Assembly (NCBI GenBank): GCA_041482675.1
Contig: JBGPEF010000001.1
Location: forward strand, 1-43,434
Direction: 5' to 3'
Origin: Tepidisphaeraceae bacterium
Lineage (GTDB): Bacteria > Planctomycetota > Phycisphaerae > Tepidisphaerales > Tepidisphaeraceae
DNA length: 43,434 nucleotides
Below, piece after piece: positions 23,840 through 32,656 of the stretch (position 1 is its first letter; the number at the start of each line of letters is the position of its first letter). The position numbers and the translations under genes are program-made. Under the pieces are notes generated by a model. The model ran no database searches, was not told where the DNA came from, and saw only the letters and a list, made by a program, of their open reading frames with translations.

Positions 23840-26023
23840 ATGATTCAGCGAGCTTTAATTCTGTTGACGTTGCTGTTTGCCTCCGTTGCCGTTGCCCAGC
23901 CGATGGCGGATCGCGTGCCGTCGGATGCGGTGGTTTACATCGGGTGGCAGGGGAGCGATTCGGTGGGGTCGGGGTATGAGAAATCGCATCTGAAGGGGGT
24001 GATTGATTCGTCGAATATCCCGCAGGTCTTCAGCGAGTTTCTGCCGCGGTTGATCGAGCGGCTGGGGAAGGATGATGCGCAGGCGGCGGCGGTTTTTCGG
24101 TCCATCCACGGGATCGGGCGGATTTTCTGGCCGAGGCCAGCGGCGATTTATTTTGGGGGGATCGATATGAACGCTCCCGCGCCGATGCCACGGCTGGCGA
24201 TGATTTGCGATGCGGGGGCGGAGGCGGCGGCGACGCTCGATTCGCTCAATCCGATTGTCGAAAATCTCAACCGGGCCGGTGTGCCGCTGGTTGCGGCGGT
24301 TCATGGCAGGCGGTTTGTGACGATTTCGGTTGGGGGCGATATTTCCGCGGCGTTTGCGGGATTGCTGGGTGATCCGGCCGACAAATCGGTCCCGCCGCTT
24401 TCGTCACGCAAGGATTTTTCCGATGCGATGGGGCAGGTGCAGAAGCAGCCGGTGTTGGCGTTATTTGTCGATGCCGGATCGGTTCTGAAATTGTTCGATC
24501 AGATAGCCGCAGGCGACGGAGAGCAGCACGCCAAAGAATGGGCCAACGTGCGCGACGCCATCGGGCTGGCCGGGCTGAAGGTCATTGTCTGCACAGGCGG
24601 TTTTGAGGGCCCGGATTGGTCAACCCAGGCTTTCATATCCGCTCCCGCGCCGCGCGCGGGAATGCTGGCGATGCTCGACAGCAGGCCGCTGAGCGATGAC
24701 ATCTTCAAGGCGATCCCCAAAAGCGCCAGTTATGTGGCCGCGTTCCGATTCGATGTGGCCAAAGCCTTTGAAGCTTTCCGCACGGTGCTTGGCGATCTCG
24801 ATCCCGCGGTGCAGCAGATGTTCGATCAGGGAACCGCCGCCATCAGCGCCATGACCGCGGTCAATTTCAAGACGCAGTTTCTGGAGAGCATCGGCGATCA
24901 ATGGGCGATCTATGGCGATGCCAATGTCGGCGGCAACGGCATGCTGGGCTTTGTGCTGATGAATCGGCCCAGCGATGCGAAAAAATTGGAGGAGTCACTC
25001 GATAAAATCGACATGGCCGCCGGGAACATCATTTCCGGCCAGACGCGCAATGACGGCATGACGGTCATGATGCGGGAGACAAAAATTGACGGGATGAAGG
25101 TTCGCTATTGGGCGATTCCATTATTCTCGCCGTCATGGACGATCAAGGATGGAAATATTTACGCAGCGCTTCAGCCGCAGATCGCGGCGTCGGCGGCCGC
25201 CGCGGGAGGAAAGGGGACATCGATTCTGGACAATCCTGCCTTCGCCGCCGCCAGAAAGCGCCTGGGCAAAGACGGCGGCGCGGGCGCCGGCAGCATGAGC
25301 TACGTTGATCTTCAGGAAACCATCACTTCCTCTTACGCCACGACCCTGGCGCTGACGCGCATGGGGCTGGGCTTTGCCGATATATTCGGCGTGGAAGCGC
25401 CCCCGATCGTGATCCCGCCGCTGGACAAGCTTCACGCGCACCTGGGGACGGCGGCGGCCGCCGCCTGGACCGACGATGCCGGCTGGCATTCCAGGAGCAT
25501 CAGCCCGTTTCCCGGCAGCGAGATTTTCGCAACCGAGGCCAACATGATCCTGGCCCAGCAGGCGCTGGCGCTGAGCATCATGTTGCCGGCGATGAATCAG
25601 GGGAGAGAAAGAGCCAATCGCGTCAAGTGTGCATCGAACATGCGGCAGATGGGGCAGGGTGTGCTGCTTTATGCGAATGATCACAAGGGAAAATATCCTG
25701 AGATGCTGGGGGATTTGGTTGAGGCGGACCTTAATTGGCAGGTTTTTGTTTGCCCGGACGTGAACACGCAGCCGCCACCTCCGGATGTGCAGCGGGACCC
25801 CAAGAAACGGGCGGCGTGGATCAATCAGAATGCGAGTTACGTTTATCTGGGCGGCAACATGAACGGCAATTTGCCGGCCGACAGAATTCTGATGTACGAG
25901 AAGGAGAACCATGGTCCACAGGGTCTGAATGTCCTGTTCAACGATGGACACGTGGAATGGATGGATTTTGTGAACTTCAATCGGGATCTTCAGCAGCAGG
26001 TGCCGCCACCGGCGAAGAAGTAA
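23840..26023 (+). CDS. Secreted protein of unknown function fused to a C-terminal pseudopilin/DUF1559-like module
   Basis: Start placed at ATG 23840, preceded by AAGGAG (23829..23834). Signal peptide: MIQRALILLTLLFASVAVAQP. About 560 aa have no motif I recognise. From about 25538: ILAQQALALSIMLPAMNQGRERANRVKCASNMRQMGQGVLLYANDHKGKYP ... NHGPQGLNVLFNDGHVEWM. That pattern matches planctomycete type II-secretion pseudopilin-like (H-X9-DG type) proteins. Confidence 0.8.
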   Translation: MIQRALILLTLLFASVAVAQPMADRVPSDAVVYIGWQGSDSVGSGYEKSHLKGVIDSSNIPQVFSEFLPRLIERLGKDDAQAAAVFRSIHGIGRIFWPRPAAIYFGGIDMNAPAPMPRLAMICDAGAEAAATLDSLNPIVENLNRAGVPLVAAVHGRRFVTISVGGDISAAFAGLLGDPADKSVPPLSSRKDFSDAMGQVQKQPVLALFVDAGSVLKLFDQIAAGDGEQHAKEWANVRDAIGLAGLKVIVCTGGFEGPDWSTQAFISAPAPRAGMLAMLDSRPLSDDIFKAIPKSASYVAAFRFDVAKAFEAFRTVLGDLDPAVQQMFDQGTAAISAMTAVNFKTQFLESIGDQWAIYGDANVGGNGMLGFVLMNRPSDAKKLEESLDKIDMAAGNIISGQTRNDGMTVMMRETKIDGMKVRYWAIPLFSPSWTIKDGNIYAALQPQIAASAAAAGGKGTSILDNPAFAAARKRLGKDGGAGAGSMSYVDLQETITSSYATTLALTRMGLGFADIFGVEAPPIVIPPLDKLHAHLGTAAAAAWTDDAGWHSRSISPFPGSEIFATEANMILAQQALALSIMLPAMNQGRERANRVKCASNMRQMGQGVLLYANDHKGKYPEMLGDLVEADLNWQVFVCPDVNTQPPPPDVQRDPKKRAAWINQNASYVYLGGNMNGNLPADRILMYEKENHGPQGLNVLFNDGHVEWMDFVNFNRDLQQQVPPPAKK

Positions 26024-26045
26024 GGAGCCGCGGCCGAGGCGCGGT

Positions 26046-27419
26046 TTACTTGATCCAGACCGTCTTGATGTTCACAAATTCGCGGATGCCGACTTCGGCC
26101 AGTTCCCGGCCGTAGCCACTGTTTTTGATGCCGCCGAAGGGGAGGCGCGAGTCGGATTTGACAGCGCCGTTGATGAAGACGGAGCCGGATTCGATCTGGG
26201 CGGCGAGGCGCTCGGCCAACGCGATATCCTTCGTCCAGATGGTGGCGCCCAGGCCGAAGCGGGAGCGATTGGCCAATTCCACCGCTTCGTCCATGTTTTT
26301 CACGCGGGTGACGGCGGCGACGGGGCCGAAGGTTTCTTCATCAAAGGCGATCATGCCGGGGCGGACGTCGGCCAGGACGGTGGGGGGATAGAAGAAGCCG
26401 CGCATCGGGGGCTTTTTGCCGCCGCAGAGCAGGCGCGCGCCGGCGGCGAGGGTTTTTTTGACCTGATTATCCAGGCTATCGCGGAGATCGGCTCGGGCGA
26501 GTGGGCCGATTTCGGTGTTGCGGTCGAGGGGATCGCCGAGTTTGAGTGAGGACATGCGGTCGGCGAAGGCGCGCTCGAAGCGGTCGGCGATGGATTCGTG
26601 GACGAGGAAGCGCTTGGCGGCGATGCAGCTTTGGCCGGCGTTGATGCAGCGTGCGGCGGCGGCCGCGCTGGCGGTGGCGGGGATATCGACGTCGGGGCAG
26701 ACGATGAAGGGGTCGGAGCCGCCCAATTCCAGCACCGATTTTTTGAGCACTCTTCCCGCAGCGCTTCCCACGGCCTTGCCGGCGCGTTCGCTGCCGGTGA
26801 GCGTCACCGCGCGGATGCGCGGATGAGCGATCAGGGCCTCGGCGGCCTGGTTGTCCAGCAATAGATTGGTGAAAACGCCGGGGGGAAAGCCGGCCTCGCG
26901 GAAAATGCGCTCGATGGCCAGCCCGCAGCCGGGGACGTTCCAGGCATGTTTGAGCACGGCGACATTTCCCGCCATCAGCGAGGGCGCGGCGAAGCGGAAA
27001 ACCTGCCAGAAGGGAAAATTCCAGGGCATGATGGCCAGGATTGGGCCGAGGGGGTCGAAGCGGACGTAGCTGCGAGTGGCGTCGGTGGGGACTTCTTCGA
27101 TGGCCAGGAGGCGGTGGGCGTGATTGGCGAAATAGTCGCAGGCGGAGGCGCATTTTTCGATTTCGGCCTCAGCGCCGGCGATGGTTTTGCCCATTTCGCG
27201 GGTCATCAGGGTGGAGAGATCGGGCTTTTGCTCAAGGAGCAATTCGCCGACCCGGCGCAGCAGATCGCCGCGCTCTTCGAAGGATTTGGTCCGCCATTGG
27301 GTGAACGCACGCTCGGCTTGCTCGAGCAGTTGCTCGACTTGGGCTGGCGAGTGATCGGGATATTCGGCGATGACTTGTTCGGTGGTGGGATTGATCGATT
27401 TCATGACAGGCTCCGCCAC
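26046..27419 (-). CDS. NAD(P)+-dependent aldehyde dehydrogenase, most like succinate-semialdehyde dehydrogenase
   Basis: N-terminus: SINPTTEQVIAEYPDHSPAQVEQLLEQAERAFTQWR. FPFWQVFRFAAPSLMAGNVAVLKHA. Catalytic Glu: LELGGSDPFIV. Catalytic Cys: NAGQSCIAAKRF. C-terminal GGIKNSGYGRE. Length is 457 aa. Confidence 0.88.
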   Translation of the reverse strand: MAEPVMKSINPTTEQVIAEYPDHSPAQVEQLLEQAERAFTQWRTKSFEERGDLLRRVGELLLEQKPDLSTLMTREMGKTIAGAEAEIEKCASACDYFANHAHRLLAIEEVPTDATRSYVRFDPLGPILAIMPWNFPFWQVFRFAAPSLMAGNVAVLKHAWNVPGCGLAIERIFREAGFPPGVFTNLLLDNQAAEALIAHPRIRAVTLTGSERAGKAVGSAAGRVLKKSVLELGGSDPFIVCPDVDIPATASAAAAARCINAGQSCIAAKRFLVHESIADRFERAFADRMSSLKLGDPLDRNTEIGPLARADLRDSLDNQVKKTLAAGARLLCGGKKPPMRGFFYPPTVLADVRPGMIAFDEETFGPVAAVTRVKNMDEAVELANRSRFGLGATIWTKDIALAERLAAQIESGSVFINGAVKSDSRLPFGGIKNSGYGRELAEVGIREFVNIKTVWIK

Positions 27420-27429
27420 TCATCTTATG

Positions 27430-27452
27430 AAAAAGGTCCGCTGAAGCGGACC
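27430..27452 (-). terminator. Rho-independent terminator of the Spy/CpxP-like gene
   Basis: GGTCCGCT-ga-AGCGGACC (27435..27452). On the minus strand it is followed by TTTTTC. Confidence 0.7.
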
Positions 27453-27489
27453 CTACAGAATCTCAATTTGTACGCAGCGAGGCGAGCAG

Positions 27490-28047
27490 TTATTGCCTGG
27501 CCTGCTCCTCCTCGGCCCGGCGCTGGGCGAGTCGCTCGTCCAGGCGTTTGCGCTGCTCCTCGTTGAGAAGCGCGACGAGCTTCTTGACGGCATCCTCGGG
27601 CTTGGGGCCGGACTGCATGAGGGTTCGCCGTTTTTGGAGGGTGTCGCGGAACTTCTCCTGGTCACCGGCGTCGCGGGCGGCCTGGGATTGCTCTGTCAGC
27701 TTCTGAAGATCGTCGGCATGCTCCCCGCGCCACTTGTCCGTCGCCAGCTTTTGATCGAAGCGAAGGGACTGAATGCTCTCCTTCTGCTCGTTGGTAATCG
27801 TGAAGTCGGGCGTCAGCGCCAGGTCGCCCAGTGCGGCGAGGGCTTCGACGAAGGCATCGCGCTGGGCGAACTGCCCCTGGCCGAAACGCCCGAAGGGACG
27901 CTGTGGCTGTTGCGGGCGGGGCGCGGGTTGCTGGGGCGCGGGCTGTTGCTGGGGCGGGGGATTGTCGGCCGGCTTGGGAGGATCGGCCGCGAACGCCAGC
28001 GGCGAGAGGAGCAGGATCGAGGCCACGAGAAGATGATTCATTTGCAT
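27490..28047 (-). CDS. Secreted helical protein, Spy/CpxP-like (LTxxQ-type motifs)
   Basis: Start placed at ATG 28047, with GGAGG 5 nt upstream. The track start at 28059 contains that SD within its own codons. Signal peptide: MQMNHLLVASILLLSPLAFA. A Pro/Gln-rich linker follows, then helical repeats with ITNEQKESI and LNEEQRKRL. Confidence 0.65.
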   Translation of the reverse strand: MQMNHLLVASILLLSPLAFAADPPKPADNPPPQQQPAPQQPAPRPQQPQRPFGRFGQGQFAQRDAFVEALAALGDLALTPDFTITNEQKESIQSLRFDQKLATDKWRGEHADDLQKLTEQSQAARDAGDQEKFRDTLQKRRTLMQSGPKPEDAVKKLVALLNEEQRKRLDERLAQRRAEEEQARQ

Positions 28048-28060
28048 GAGAACCTCCATC

Positions 28061-28109
28061 GTAGTGCAGGCTTTTAGCCTGCAAATGCAGGCTGGAAAGC
28101 CTGCACTAC
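28061..28109. repeat. Compound palindrome: two tandem hairpins of the same 8-mer enclosed by an outer GTAG/CTAC pair
   Basis: GTAG-TGCAGGCT-ttt-AGCCTGCA-aa-TGCAGGCT-ggaa-AGCCTGCA-CTAC. It sits in the divergent intergenic region between the Spy-like gene and the mqn radical SAM gene. Confidence 0.8.
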
Positions 28110-28215
28110 AAGGCGTAAAACGGCGGTGAAGCGGACATTATTGCGAATTTGCCATGGCTTTCAAATCGACTGAAAGCGTTGCGTGCTTGTGAATCGACCC
28201 TAGACTTAGAGAAAC

Positions 28216-29643
28216 GTGGCAAAGCTTTCCTTCCATATCGACGATGTGATCAGCGGCCGCCGCAGGATGACCGACGAGCAGGCGCTGGAGCTTTATCATT
28301 CGGCCTCCATGCACGACCTGGGACAATGGGCGCATGCGCGCTCGCTGGTGATGCATCCGGAGGACTATCGCACCTACGTCATCGACCGCAACATCAACTA
28401 TACCAACATCTGCACGGCCAAATGCACCTTCTGCGCGTTTCGGCGGGATCATGAGGATGAGGATAGCTATACGCTGAGCTATGAGACGATCGGCCAGAAG
28501 ATTCGCGAGCTGGTGGCGATCGGGGGGACGCAGATTCTGATGCAGGGGGGAATGAACGATCGCCTGCCGCTGGAGTGGTATGAGGGGTTACTGAAGTTCA
28601 TCAAGACCGAGTTTCCAAGGGTTCACATCCATGCTTTCTCGCCGCCGGAATTCATTGAGTTCGAACGGTTCTTCAAGGTGGATGTGCGGGAGGTAATTCG
28701 GCGGCTGCGGGCGGCCGGGCTGGACACGATTCCTGGTGGTGGCGGGGAGATTTTCGCCCCACGCGTGCGACGGCGGATTGGGATAGGCAAATGTACGGGG
28801 GATAACTGGATGAGGGTGATGCGGGTGGCGCACGAAGAGGGAATGAACACCTCCGCCACAATGCTGATTGGGCATATCGAGTTTGTTCGGGAGCGGATTG
28901 AGCACATGAGTGCGCTGAGGGATATGCAGGATTATGCCCTTGGGTTAGGGACGAGGGACGAGGGACGAGGGACGAGGGAAGAGGAGATCCGGCGGCGATG
29001 GTCGGGGGTGTTTGAGCAATCGAGGATCGAGGATCGAGGATCGAAGATCGAGAGGGCGGGTTCTTACACGGCGTTTATTCACTGGCCGTTCCAGCGCGAA
29101 AACACTCCTCTCGGTCGGGCCGAGGAATGGGAGCCGGCGATCCATGGCCCGTTTGATGACTCGACCAATGACGACATCCTCCGTGGGCGGGTGGTGCGGA
29201 TGGCGGGGGCGGAGGAGTATTTGAAGATGTTGGCCATTGCCCGGTTGTTCCTGGACAACATCCCATCGCTTCAGAGCAGTTGGGTGACCATGGGGCCGAA
29301 GATTGGGCAGCTTGCCCTGTTTTTCGGGGCGAACGACATGGGGTCGGTGATGATGGAGGAGAATGTCGTCAGCGCGGCCGGGACGACCTATCGGCTCAGC
29401 GAGCGCGAAATTTGCCGGCTGATCCGGGATGGCGGTTGGGTGCCGGCGCAGCGTGATCAGTATTACCGGGTGCTGCGTCGCCAGGACGGCCCAGATTCTC
29501 CAGACCTTCGGCCGCTGGCGGAGCCTCCGGTTCGGGCGGTGAAGAAGATCGATGAGCGGTTTGTAGGGGCCGCGCCGGGGTTGGATGATGGGCGAGACCG
29601 GAGCGTGGGGGTGCAGTTGCCAATTCTCAGTTCTGATCGTTAA
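28216..29643 (+). CDS. Radical SAM enzyme of the futalosine menaquinone pathway (MqnC/MqnE family) with an internal low-complexity insertion and a C-terminal extension
   Basis: VIDRNINYTNICTAKCTFCAFRR is the CxxxCxxC cluster in the MqnC/MqnE/CofH-type context. Also GGTQILMQGGMN, VHIHAFSPPE, LDTIPGGGGEIF, TSATMLIGHIE and TAFIHWPFQRENTPL. I cannot discriminate MqnC from MqnE by eye; the DRNINYTN context leans towards MqnC. GTG start at 28216. Confidence 0.85.
   Translation: MAKLSFHIDDVISGRRRMTDEQALELYHSASMHDLGQWAHARSLVMHPEDYRTYVIDRNINYTNICTAKCTFCAFRRDHEDEDSYTLSYETIGQKIRELVAIGGTQILMQGGMNDRLPLEWYEGLLKFIKTEFPRVHIHAFSPPEFIEFERFFKVDVREVIRRLRAAGLDTIPGGGGEIFAPRVRRRIGIGKCTGDNWMRVMRVAHEEGMNTSATMLIGHIEFVRERIEHMSALRDMQDYALGLGTRDEGRGTREEEIRRRWSGVFEQSRIEDRGSKIERAGSYTAFIHWPFQRENTPLGRAEEWEPAIHGPFDDSTNDDILRGRVVRMAGAEEYLKMLAIARLFLDNIPSLQSSWVTMGPKIGQLALFFGANDMGSVMMEENVVSAAGTTYRLSEREICRLIRDGGWVPAQRDQYYRVLRRQDGPDSPDLRPLAEPPVRAVKKIDERFVGAAPGLDDGRDRSVGVQLPILSSDR
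28948..28979 (+). repeat. Heptanucleotide tandem repeat (GGGACGA) x4.6 inside the mqn radical SAM CDS
   Basis: Perfect units at 28948, 28955, 28962 and 28969, plus a partial unit 28976..28979. Encodes ...GTRDEGRGTRE... Confidence 0.9.
29021..29048 (+). repeat. Heptanucleotide tandem repeat (CGAGGAT) x3 plus one imperfect unit inside the mqn radical SAM CDS
   Basis: Units at 29021, 29028 and 29035 are perfect. The unit at 29042 (CGAAGAT) has one mismatch. Encodes ...SRIEDRGSKIE... Confidence 0.9.
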
Positions 29644-29838
29644 TCATTGCTTTATAATCAGATAGGTCGAAACAGGAACGGCTGAGGCCGTTCATCTGAC
29701 GCTAAGAATCTTTTTACCTTTTAACCTATTTTGGGTCTTCCCCGGCCATGCCGGGTGCGCGGTACCATCTCGGTTTGACGAGGAAGCCGGGCCTGGGTCG
29801 GAGCCGGCTGGAAGGAAGGAAGAATGTGAGGCGCGGCC

Positions 29839-30264
29839 ATGTCGACCATACTAATTGTTGAAGACGACTCGGATACGCGTGAGGTGATGGCGCGCTATCT
29901 GACATTGGCCGGTTACGAGCATGTCTCGGTCAGCAATGGGTGGGAAGCGCTGCTGGCGGTGGATCAGAACAAGATCGATCTGATCCTGTTGGATGTGATG
30001 ATGCCGGGGATGGATGGGGTGACGTTTCTGAATATCCTTCGGAACGCCCAAACCAAGAGAAACACACCGGTTGTAATCGTGACCGCGATGTCCAGGCAGG
30101 AGCTGAGCAGCCGATTCCACGATTTGCCGGTACAGGCAGTCCTGCCCAAGACACAAGAGCTTTTCGATGAGCTGATGCAGACGGTGCATAAGATCCTGGA
30201 AAAACCGGAGCCAGGGGAGGGTCCATCTGAATCGGCGGAATCCGAGGTCATACGCGGGAACTAA
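29839..30264 (+). CDS. Single-domain response regulator (CheY-like)
   Basis: ILIVEDDSDTREV...DLILLDVMMPGMDG...PVVIVTA...VLPKT are the receiver signature positions. Length is 141 aa. Confidence 0.9.
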   Translation: MSTILIVEDDSDTREVMARYLTLAGYEHVSVSNGWEALLAVDQNKIDLILLDVMMPGMDGVTFLNILRNAQTKRNTPVVIVTAMSRQELSSRFHDLPVQAVLPKTQELFDELMQTVHKILEKPEPGEGPSESAESEVIRGN

Positions 30265-30440
30265 ACTCTCGGCAAATTCATGTCGTCCGAGTTGATCGGA
30301 CTGAGATGGATTGCGGTTTGGGGAGCGCGGGTTTGGCGCGGGGGTTCTTTTTGCGCACTCGATTTGGGGACGATGGCTGAATCAGCTTTTATTGTTGGGA
30401 TGAGCGTGGGGGGTTAGCATGACGGCGTCCTATCCGCCGC

Positions 30441-31265
30441 ATGAACTTTCCGGTCGAGTTCAACCTCCTGGGGCATCGCGTGCCAGCGCACGGGGTGATG
30501 GAGCTTCTGGCATATGTGGTGGGGGTGCAGTTTTACTTCTGGCTGAGGAGGCGGGGGAGGCTGGGGGCGGGAGCTGCGCTGCCGGTGGATCAGAATCTTT
30601 GGCTGATCGTGGGATGTGTGATGGGGGCGATGGTGGGATCCAAGGTTTTGGCCTGGGCCGAGTCGCCGTTGGATTATTGGGCAAGGCGGAGTACGCCGCT
30701 GGTGCTGCTGAGTGGCAAGACGATTGTGGGCGGGCTGCTGGGGGGATGGATTGGCGTGGAATTGGTGAAGAAGAGGCTGGGGGTGAGGCAGGCGACGGGG
30801 GATTTGTTTGTGTTTCCGCTGGTGGTGGGAATTTCGATAGGGCGGGTGGGGTGTTTGCTGACCGGATTGGCGGATCACACGCATGGGGTGCATACATCGC
30901 TGCCGTGGGGAGTAAATTTCGGCGATGGGCCGAGACATCCGACACAGCTTTACGAAATTGCGTTTGTGTTGCTGCTGGGGGGCGCGCTGATTTGGAAGAG
31001 CAAGGGGGAGTACTGGAATGGGGAGTTGTTTGTGTGGTTTATGACGGGGTATCTGGGGTTTCGGTTTGTGGTGGAGTTTATAAAACCGAGGCATGTTTAT
31101 TTTGGGGCGTTGAGCGCGATTCAAATGGCCTGCCTGGTTGGTTTGATTGAATGCATGAGGCGATTGGCGCGCGGGCGGGTTCACAGCGCGCACGGGCATT
31201 CCCGGCGCGCCGGGGCTGCCCATGCCACCCATTCCACTCATGCTACTCAAGGGGTGAGCGAATGA
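30441..31265 (+). CDS. Prolipoprotein diacylglyceryl transferase (Lgt) family paralog, non-canonical subfamily
   Basis: Polytopic membrane protein with the Lgt C-terminal signature GRVGCLLTG....HG..TSLPWGVNFGDGPRHPTQLYE. The canonical GNF.NgE and GG..HGG blocks are replaced by GCLLTGLADHTHG and GKTIVGGLLGG. Confidence 0.75.
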   Translation: MNFPVEFNLLGHRVPAHGVMELLAYVVGVQFYFWLRRRGRLGAGAALPVDQNLWLIVGCVMGAMVGSKVLAWAESPLDYWARRSTPLVLLSGKTIVGGLLGGWIGVELVKKRLGVRQATGDLFVFPLVVGISIGRVGCLLTGLADHTHGVHTSLPWGVNFGDGPRHPTQLYEIAFVLLLGGALIWKSKGEYWNGELFVWFMTGYLGFRFVVEFIKPRHVYFGALSAIQMACLVGLIECMRRLARGRVHSAHGHSRRAGAAHATHSTHATQGVSE

Positions 31266-31924
31266 CTGAGACGATGGAGAATATTGAGAGGCCCGATGAA
31301 AGCGCGGGCTGGGAGGCAGCGCGGCGGATCGAGTCGTGGGCGGGGGAAATTCGCGTCAATCGCCTGCGATTGGCGGCGATCATCATTTTTTATGTTCGGC
31401 ACCTGATCGATGTCTACGTCAACCCGTTGAACCGGCAATTCACCGGCAGATATCACCTGCTGGTGACGGTGATCGTGCTGGCGTGGACGGCACAGGTGCT
31501 GTGGCTGCATTGGGCGCTGTCGCAGCGGAGGATGGGGGAGAAGCTCAAATACATCGCTGTGATCTGGGATTTGGTGATGGTGACGATGCTGGGAATCGTG
31601 GCGAAAACGCCGCAGACGCCTTTGATGCTGCTCTATTTCATTGTGATCGCTTCCGCGCCGCTGCGGTTGTCGCTGAGATTGGTCTGGGTGGCGACGCTGG
31701 GGGCGATGGCGGGGTATGCGATCGTTCTGGCGTATTACGCGTGGTGGGTGATTGGATTTGACAAATATTACGCGACGCCGGAATTGCGGATTCCACGCAG
31801 CGTCGAGGCCATCTGGATTTTGGCGATAGGAGTGGCCGGGCTGCTGGCGGGGCAGGTGGTTCGGCAGATGCGGCGGCTGAGCGGCGGGTATCCGGTGGCG
31901 ATGGGACAGCAAGGCAAGGAGTGA
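31262..31924 (+). CDS. Polytopic membrane protein of unknown function (about 6 TM)
   Basis: Start ATG 31262 overlaps the lgt-like stop (ATGA). Hydrophobic segments: LAAIIIFYV, LLVTVIVLAWTAQVLWL, IAVIWDLVMVTMLGIV, LMLLYFIVIASA, VWVATLGAMAGYAIVLAYYAWWVI, AIWILAIGVAGLLAG. The track start at 31151 would overlap lgt by about 110 nt. Confidence 0.65.
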   Translation: MTETMENIERPDESAGWEAARRIESWAGEIRVNRLRLAAIIIFYVRHLIDVYVNPLNRQFTGRYHLLVTVIVLAWTAQVLWLHWALSQRRMGEKLKYIAVIWDLVMVTMLGIVAKTPQTPLMLLYFIVIASAPLRLSLRLVWVATLGAMAGYAIVLAYYAWWVIGFDKYYATPELRIPRSVEAIWILAIGVAGLLAGQVVRQMRRLSGGYPVAMGQQGKE

Positions 31925-31927
31925 GCT

Positions 31928-32635
31928 TTGGCCGACACGCTGGTTTGCCCACATTGTCGTGAGCGGCTCTGGGTGGCCCGGATGCAGATCGCGCTGCTGA
32001 CCTGTCCGCGCTGTTTGCGGGTGATCATCAATCCCAATGCGGCGACGCGGCCGGCGGTTGAGCCGCGGCAGGTGATTCCAGTGGAAGAGGAGGTTCATTT
32101 CGACCTCCGCGATACGGTGGGGGGGCTGACGATTTTGGCGCTGACGCTTTTTCTGGGCGCGGTGGTGGCCGCGAGGTATTCGCAGATGTTTGGCCTTAGC
32201 GCGGTGCTGTTCATCGCTGCGATGATGACCGTGGGCGGCGTGATCTGGGCAGCGCGGCGGCCGAAGGATGATCAGCAGTGGGAGGGCTCCCTGCCGCCGC
32301 CTCCGCTGCGCGGCGGAGTGGTGCTGGAGTATCAGCAGGTTCGGCCCAAGGTATCCGTGCTGGCGTTCATCGGCGGATTTCTGGCGGCCATCGTCATCGG
32401 GATCGTTTGTTTTTATGCCATGGTGGCCACAGGGGATCGCAGCTCGGTGAATACTCGGCGGCTGGTTTTCGCCGGGATGCTGGTGCTGCTCATGGGTATG
32501 GTTTACGCGGCCACGCGGCTGGGAAGAATCCCCGGCTGGGCGGGATTTGGCCGAGGGGTGGCGGTGGGGTTGGCGATGTCGATGATGGCGCTGGGGCCGT
32601 GCGGGGCGTGTTATATGTTGACGTTGTTTGGATAA
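31928..32635 (+). CDS. Zinc-ribbon (CPHC...CPRC) membrane protein of unknown function (about 4 TM)
   Basis: TTG start 3 nt after the previous stop. N-terminus: LVCPHCRERLWVARMQIALLTCPRCLRVI. TM segments: LTILALTLFLGAVVA, AVLFIAAMMTVGGVIW, VLAFIGGFLAAIVIGIVCFYAMV, LVFAGMLVLLMGMVYA. A C-terminal GPCGAC is present. Confidence 0.6.
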   Translation: MADTLVCPHCRERLWVARMQIALLTCPRCLRVIINPNAATRPAVEPRQVIPVEEEVHFDLRDTVGGLTILALTLFLGAVVAARYSQMFGLSAVLFIAAMMTVGGVIWAARRPKDDQQWEGSLPPPPLRGGVVLEYQQVRPKVSVLAFIGGFLAAIVIGIVCFYAMVATGDRSSVNTRRLVFAGMLVLLMGMVYAATRLGRIPGWAGFGRGVAVGLAMSMMALGPCGACYMLTLFG

Positions 32636-32656
32636 GTTTCTTCGGGAGGGCCTGGA

